64,000 nt of DNA, taken from the NCBI RefSeq assembly GCF_038871235.1, contig NZ_JAVZIN010000002.1:32001-96000 (forward strand). The letters run 5' to 3'. A program made the translations under genes and the position numbers. Shown piece by piece: positions 54,321 to 64,000 of the stretch; the first letter of the stretch is position 1, and every line of letters starts with the position of its first letter. Source of the stretch: Candidatus Hadarchaeum sp. GTDB lineage: Archaea > Hadarchaeota > Hadarchaeia > Hadarchaeales > Hadarchaeaceae. Below the pieces are notes generated by a model. It was not told where the DNA came from and searched no databases. It saw nothing but the letters and a program-made list of their open reading frames with translations.

Positions 54321-55583
54321 CTACTTGGCTTTCACCAGATCCACACATACGCCCGCTGCAATTGTCATACCCATGTCACGAATAGCAAAGCGGCTGAGCT
54401 GCGGTATTTCGGAAGCCTTCTCCAGCACCATCGGTTTTGTCGGTACCACCTTAATCGTGGCCATGTCTCCTTTCTTTATGAACTCTGGCTTTTCTTGAAC
54501 GACCGCGCCTGTCTTGGGATCTATTTTTTGAGTAATCTCAGTAATGGTGCAGGCAACTTGAGCCGTGTGCGCGTGAAAGACTGGTGTGTAGCCAGCGGCT
54601 ATCGCTGTTGGGTGTTGCAACACCGCAATTCTCGCGGTGAACTCCTTGACCACTGTTGGTGGTGATTTGGTGTGTCCGGCCACATCTCCCCGTTTAATCG
54701 CTGTCTTTTCAATACCACGAACGTTAAAACCTATGTTATCTCCTGGCTCTGCCTGGGGAATTGACTCATGGTGCATCTCAATCGATTTCACTTCACCGCT
54801 TACTCCTGCGGGCTCGAAAACGATGGTATCCCCGACCTTCATCACTCCGGTCTCCACTCTTCCCACAGGGACCGTGCCCACGCCAGTTATCGAATAAACA
54901 TCCTGTACAGGGATCCTGAGCGGTTTCTCGATTGGCTTGGGGGGAACCACGAAGGTGTCAAGCGCTTCATAGAAAACCGGTCCGGTATACCACTTCATAT
55001 TTTCGCTGCGTTTAACCACATTTTCCCCATGGAAGGATGCTGTGGGAACGAAGACGAACTTTTCAGGGTTTCTGTAGCCAACCGTTCTCAGCAGCTCTAT
55101 TATCTCGGCCTTTAACTTGTTGTAAACTTCCTCCTTATAGTTCACCAAGTCCATTTTGTTTATAACCACTACGAGCTGCCCGACACCAAGAGTAAAAGCA
55201 AGTGCCGCATGCTCACGGGTCTGCGGCATAATCCCATCATCAGCGGCCACAACCAGCACTGCCGCGTCGGCTTGGCTCGCGCCCGTGATCATGTTTTTGA
55301 CGAAGTCGCGGTGGCCCGGGGCGTCGATTATGGTAAAGTAGTATTTGTCCGTCTCAAACTTCTTGTGCGCGAGGTCGATAGTCAACCCTCTCTCACGTTC
55401 TTCCTTAAGGGCATCCAACACCCAAGCGAACTTGAACGTCTTACCCTTGTCACCCATCGCTTCAAATTTTTTTATGTCCTCTTCCCTAACCAAGCCTTTA
55501 TCAAAAAACAATCTGCCAAGCGTCGTTGACTTGCCGTGGTCAACATGCCCTATTGTTATCAGATTCAAATGCGGTTTCGCCAT
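54321..55583 (-). CDS. tuf: Elongation factor aEF-1alpha
   Basis: [37 protein letters not shown]. Confidence 0.98.
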   Translation of the reverse strand: MAKPHLNLITIGHVDHGKSTTLGRLFFDKGLVREEDIKKFEAMGDKGKTFKFAWVLDALKEERERGLTIDLAHKKFETDKYYFTIIDAPGHRDFVKNMITGASQADAAVLVVAADDGIMPQTREHAALAFTLGVGQLVVVINKMDLVNYKEEVYNKLKAEIIELLRTVGYRNPEKFVFVPTASFHGENVVKRSENMKWYTGPVFYEALDTFVVPPKPIEKPLRIPVQDVYSITGVGTVPVGRVETGVMKVGDTIVFEPAGVSGEVKSIEMHHESIPQAEPGDNIGFNVRGIEKTAIKRGDVAGHTKSPPTVVKEFTARIAVLQHPTAIAAGYTPVFHAHTAQVACTITEITQKIDPKTGAVVQEKPEFIKKGDMATIKVVPTKPMVLEKASEIPQLSRFAIRDMGMTIAAGVCVDLVKAK

Positions 55584-55637
55584 ATTATAACCTCCTTTAA
55601 CTATTTCCTTTTAACCTATTTATTTAATAAGCTTTAC

Positions 55638-56243
55638 TCACCTCGCGCCCTTGGCGATCCTCTCCATCTCCTCCTTTCTGGCCACGGCAAAACTCTTAGT
55701 ATCATTGTTGGCTGCGAGTATCAACTCCTCAGCCAAACAGTCGACTATGTTCTTTTTCCCAGTAAAGGCTGCGGCGAAAGCCCCTGCAGCCAAATTTTTC
55801 AGGGCAATGTCCAGCCTCCTTTGTGGGGAAGAATCTACCGCAATATAATAGGTAATGCCTCCATAGCTGATACGTGTGGTCTCCTCTCGTGGAGCTGCAT
55901 TCTGAATGGCATCAACCAAGACCTGCACGGGATTCTTATTGGTCCTCTGCGCAATTATCTTAAAGGCATCTCGAACAATGTTGTAGGCCTTATGTTTTTT
56001 GCCTGTCGCCCCAGCTCCCCGTATGGTCCTGCCACCAAGCTTCCGGGCCCCAGGACCAGATCTCATTATCTTGTTGATCAAACGTTCTACAACTGAAACG
56101 TTAGCTTTTCCAAACTGCTTGCTGGCGTGCCTCCCCCCAGTGTGAAGAACGAAAGGAGCTTCCAAACGTAGATATTGCTTTATTCCCGGATCCTTAACCT
56201 CAATATTTTCGATGTCCCATTCTCCGAAATATTTGAAGCCCAA
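55638..56243 (-). CDS. rps7: 30S ribosomal protein S7
   Basis: HTGGRHA..QF, NPVQVLV.A..NAAPREE, ERIA. Confidence 0.96.
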   Translation of the reverse strand: MGFKYFGEWDIENIEVKDPGIKQYLRLEAPFVLHTGGRHASKQFGKANVSVVERLINKIMRSGPGARKLGGRTIRGAGATGKKHKAYNIVRDAFKIIAQRTNKNPVQVLVDAIQNAAPREETTRISYGGITYYIAVDSSPQRRLDIALKNLAAGAFAAAFTGKKNIVDCLAEELILAANNDTKSFAVARKEEMERIAKGAR

Positions 56244-56247
56244 AAGA

Positions 56248-56682
56248 TCACCTAGTTGGTTTTTCCTTGCGTCCTTTAACTAGCTCTTTGAGAGAAATTC
56301 CATTTACCTTAACGACCTTATAACGAACCCCCGGAATATCACCGTAGGCTCCCCCCTTAGCCCCACCTATCCCTTCGACAATGACCTCATCATGCTCATC
56401 GATAAAACCAATAGCGCCGTCTCCGGGTGCAAAGGCGGTTATCTGTCTGCCATTTTTAATCAGCTGGACCCTAACACATTTCCTGATGGCTGAGTTGGGC
56501 TGTTTGGCCTCAATTCCAACTTTCTCCAAGACGATGCCCCTGGCTTGGGGAGCTCCCTCTAACGGGTCGGCTTTTTCATCTAACTTCAGCACGCGACGTT
56601 TATACTGAGCACTCTTCCACCTAAAATGCTGCCTAGTGTCACGCAGCTTCCTTGCCGCAAACTCCCCTCTGGGCGCTTTCAT
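56248..56682 (-). CDS. rps12: 30S ribosomal protein S12
   Basis: [31 protein letters not shown]. Confidence 0.97.
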   Translation of the reverse strand: MKAPRGEFAARKLRDTRQHFRWKSAQYKRRVLKLDEKADPLEGAPQARGIVLEKVGIEAKQPNSAIRKCVRVQLIKNGRQITAFAPGDGAIGFIDEHDEVIVEGIGGAKGGAYGDIPGVRYKVVKVNGISLKELVKGRKEKPTR

Positions 56683-56725
56683 ATTTCATCACTTATATCA
56701 GTAGTTAGTGTTGAGGTTTTATAAA

Positions 56726-57150
56726 TCATATAAGTATTACGTCGCTGATGCCGTGATGTCTTTCAGCAAGTTTTTTCGCTATTTGAATTTTTTTGCCACC
56801 GCGTCCTACGGCTAACCCTTTATCCTGCAACTCCACACTGACCAAAGCTACTTTCTTTTCCCCTTTCTCTACTATCTTAACGCTCTGTACTCTCGCCGGC
56901 AATAACGCGTTTTTCAAGAACTCCACCGGATCTTCCGAGTACTCGATCACTTCAATGCCCCTCCCAATCAAACGTCTTGCCCTTTTAACTTTGTCTCCGC
57001 CTCGCCCAACTGCCATTCCAAAATCTCCTTTATTAACGACAAACGTCACGTTTCCGCCGAAATCGTTTATGATGCAATCGCGCACCCGTGCCCCGGTCAA
57101 GCCTTCAAAACTTGCTATGTAGCGCATCTCCTCCGCTGTGAATTTTATGG

Positions 57151-57154
<4 letters not shown>
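56726..57154 (-). CDS. nusA: Archaeal NusA (KH domains)
   Basis: FE.LTGA...DC, G.A.GRGG twice, IEYSED. Confidence 0.93.
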
Positions 57155-61262
<4,108 letters not shown>

Positions 61263-63995
61263 CTAGGCTCTGTCCCTCAGCCTTATTCTCGGCGACATAC
61301 AGAGGGATTTCAGTTCGTCCATCATGAGCTTGAATGCATACGATATCTGAACTCCGTAAATCTCCGAATCCTCGTCACAGAGGGGGCAATAGGCCCTGTC
61401 GCTGCGACGATCGTATACGGCGAATGATCCACATTTTCCGCAGATTAATCCCGTATACCTGTCAGATGCATCGAGAAGACGTTCATTAAGTAACATCGCT
61501 GCTCCGTGGCCGATCAAACAATCCCGCTCCATCTCACCAAAGCGCAACCCACCTTCCCTCGCCCTGCCCTCAGTGGGTTGATGGGTTAACACCTGAACTG
61601 GACCTCGCGAACGCGCGTGAATCTTATCTGCGACCATGTGGTGGAGCTTCTGATAGTAACAGACCCCAACAAAAATATCGACCGGTATCATCTCACCAGT
61701 GATTCCATTGTACAGGACTTCCTTGCCTGTGTGTTTGAAGCCAAAGGACTTCATCGCTTCCCGGATTTCTTTTTCAGACATCCCGGAAAAGGCCGTTCCA
61801 TCTATTCTTCGCCCCATACATGCTCCGACCTTGCCAGCAATCATTTCAAGAAGCTGCCCCACCGACATACGAGAAGGAATAGCATGTGGATTAATTATGA
61901 TATCGGGAGTTATTCCATCCTCGGTGAAGGGCATATCGGCTCCAGCCATGGTAATCCCGATGACTCCCTTCTGACCGTGCCTTGACGCTAGCTTGTCACC
62001 AATTTCTGGTATCCTGAGATCCCTGACTCGGACTCTGACAAACTTATTGCCCTCTGAGGTCATGCTCACCAGCACCAGATCAACAATTCCCTCTTCGCTG
62101 GGTCTTACTCTGATGGAGCTTTCTCGACGGCCGTGTTCAACCGCCAGCCCGAACTCATCTATTTCCTCCAAAAATCTAGGCGGACTGGTGCGCCCGATCA
62201 AAACATCCTCGCCTCTGACTACTGACTCAACCTCAGTTATACCGTCTTCACCCAAATTTCGGTAGAGGCTCGCGTCCGCATAGCCCCTAATCTCCTCGCT
62301 TGGTATCTCAAATTTGTCCTCCTGACCACCCGGATATCGCGCCTCCTCAGCCTCATATATCCGATAAAAGGTTGTCCGCCCCATCCCGCGATCAATGGAA
62401 GCGCTATTAACTATTAGCGCGTCCTCCATGTTGTAGCCGCCGTAAGTGGCTATGGCAACAACAAGATTCTGCCCTGCCGGCCTCCGGTCAAAACCGACGG
62501 CATCCATGACTCTGGTCTTAACCAAGGGGACCTGCGGGTAGTGCAAGAAATGACCGCGTGTGTCCACCCGTTTATGTATGGAGGTCGTTGTCAGTCCCAG
62601 CGCCTGTTTGGCCATGTTAGCACCATAGGTATTCCGCGGCGATTGGTTGTGTTCTGCGTAGGGAACCAGCGCCGCACTTATGCCAAGTATCGCCAACGGA
62701 TGCAATTCAAGATGGGTGTGCTCAGGCGTCAACTGATTCTCATAGACCGCGATGTAAACGTTTTCTTCTTCCTCGGCATCAAGGTACTCTACAATGCCTG
62801 CTTGGACCAGATCCCGCCAAGTCATTTTACCTTCTTTAACCATCTCTATGACTTCCGGTGTTAGCTTGGATTTCCCTCCTTCCACTACAACAACGGGCCG
62901 ACGCACCCTCCCCGCGTCGGTATTAATCCTGACCTCATTAGTATCCTCCCTGAAAGCCACATTAACCTGTTCATCCAAGTTCCCTTGCCGGCGATGTCGC
63001 TTCAGCTCATCAACGAGAGTTTTACCGTTTTCAGTTGTGCCGACCAATCTGCCGTTTATATAAACAGCCGCCTTTCCCTTCCTCTCGCTACCTTTAGTTA
63101 TTCTATTTACACCCAACTTGAAGACCAGACGCTCCACCTTACTTTCATCGGTGCCCGTTGAAATCTCTGCCATTAGCGCGAGGTTTTTAACCAATCCGCA
63201 GTTTGGCCCTTCTGGCGTTTCACAGGGGCAGATCCTCCCCCAATGGGTTGGATGCAGATCACGGGCCTCAAAGTGAGGCTGGCTCCTGCTCAGAGGAGAA
63301 ACCACGCGCCTGAGGTGGGATATCGCCGCAATGTAGTTAGTTCTATCCAGAAGCTGACTGACCCCGGTTCTCCCCCCCGGCCAGTTGCCAGTGGCCAAAG
63401 CATGTCTTATTCTCTCAGTCAGAACATCCGCACGGGCGGCAGTTCTGAGGTTCATCTCACGGCCCCTGGCGTAGGCCCGCTCCAATTGATACTTTATATC
63501 CCTGGTCAGGTTGAGAAACGCCAGTCTGAAGACATTTTCTAACAGGTCGCCGGCAAGCTTCAACCTTTTATTTCCATAGTGGTCCTTATCATCCACGTCC
63601 CTTCGACCCAGCGCCAGTTCGATAACCTGCTCGGCCATGCTGCCCAAGTAGTAGCCCTTAGCTATTCGATCCTCGGGCCTCGAGCCTATGTGCGGCAACA
63701 GGTACTTGTCAAGAACTTCCTGAGCCCGTTGCAATCGATACTCCCGGGTTTGTCCAATAGCAACCCTTTTGCCAATGATGTCCAGAGCATCCTCTTTAGT
63801 CTTTACATCAATCGCTTCCTGTAGGTTTTCAAAAAGTTCCCTGATAATCTCGGGATCCTCGGAAACAGCGCTGACAATTTCCTTGTCGCTCTCAATCCCG
63901 AGGGCGCGCATGATTACTACTAGCGGGACTTGACCAGGTACTGCGGGAAATGCCACGCGCAGGAGGCCGTCACGCTTTCTCTCGACCACCACCAA
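61263..63995 (-). CDS. rpoB: RNA polymerase subunit B (Rpo2), unsplit, 5'-truncated by the window edge
   Basis: [45 protein letters not shown]-terminal Zn ribbon. Confidence 0.97.
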   Translation of the reverse strand: MVVVERKRDGLLRVAFPAVPGQVPLVVIMRALGIESDKEIVSAVSEDPEIIRELFENLQEAIDVKTKEDALDIIGKRVAIGQTREYRLQRAQEVLDKYLLPHIGSRPEDRIAKGYYLGSMAEQVIELALGRRDVDDKDHYGNKRLKLAGDLLENVFRLAFLNLTRDIKYQLERAYARGREMNLRTAARADVLTERIRHALATGNWPGGRTGVSQLLDRTNYIAAISHLRRVVSPLSRSQPHFEARDLHPTHWGRICPCETPEGPNCGLVKNLALMAEISTGTDESKVERLVFKLGVNRITKGSERKGKAAVYINGRLVGTTENGKTLVDELKRHRRQGNLDEQVNVAFREDTNEVRINTDAGRVRRPVVVVEGGKSKLTPEVIEMVKEGKMTWRDLVQAGIVEYLDAEEEENVYIAVYENQLTPEHTHLELHPLAILGISAALVPYAEHNQSPRNTYGANMAKQALGLTTTSIHKRVDTRGHFLHYPQVPLVKTRVMDAVGFDRRPAGQNLVVAIATYGGYNMEDALIVNSASIDRGMGRTTFYRIYEAEEARYPGGQEDKFEIPSEEIRGYADASLYRNLGEDGITEVESVVRGEDVLIGRTSPPRFLEEIDEFGLAVEHGRRESSIRVRPSEEGIVDLVLVSMTSEGNKFVRVRVRDLRIPEIGDKLASRHGQKGVIGITMAGADMPFTEDGITPDIIINPHAIPSRMSVGQLLEMIAGKVGACMGRRIDGTAFSGMSEKEIREAMKSFGFKHTGKEVLYNGITGEMIPVDIFVGVCYYQKLHHMVADKIHARSRGPVQVLTHQPTEGRAREGGLRFGEMERDCLIGHGAAMLLNERLLDASDRYTGLICGKCGSFAVYDRRSDRAYCPLCDEDSEIYGVQISYAFKLMMDELKSLCMSPRIRLRDRA

Positions 63996-64000
63996 AGACC

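Overview
A compact 64-kb archaeal chromosomal window. Unsplit rpoB with split rpoA1/A2, a 16S-tRNA-Ala-23S operon, an EppA-type pilus locus and GCH-III suggest a deep-branching euryarchaeote, possibly Hadarchaeota-like; this placement is an inference. From left to right it holds: an N-heterocycle salvage island (adenine deaminase, enamidase-like, creatininase-like, BMP ABC importer with a frameshifted permease and no cognate ATPase, HTH-PRTase regulator); an ABC-2 exporter; gch3, thiDN, rps17e, an anion permease and a 58-aa ferredoxin missed by the ORF track; and a minus-strand rRNA operon without 5S. These are followed by SAMP/MoaE/radical SAM, TBP, a tandem pair of apparently catalytically dead ThiI and AroA homologues, and a large two-operon type IV pilus locus with lemA-htpX inside it. 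The right end carries thermosome, pdaD, AMP phosphorylase, trpEGDCFBA, leuA/cimA, aIF-1A/rio1 and the RNAP/str cluster lacking EF-2. The most notable signals are the intact ThiI*/AroA* pseudo-enzyme pair, a 57-nt branched expansion at 23S helix 98 (ES39), a 16S processing BHB whose predicted cut falls exactly at G1 of tRNA-Ala, and TrpY-type operator boxes facing an orphan gene instead of trpY. No CRISPR array, transposase or intein was seen. All alignments and RNA folds were done by eye from memory of the families and need computational confirmation.
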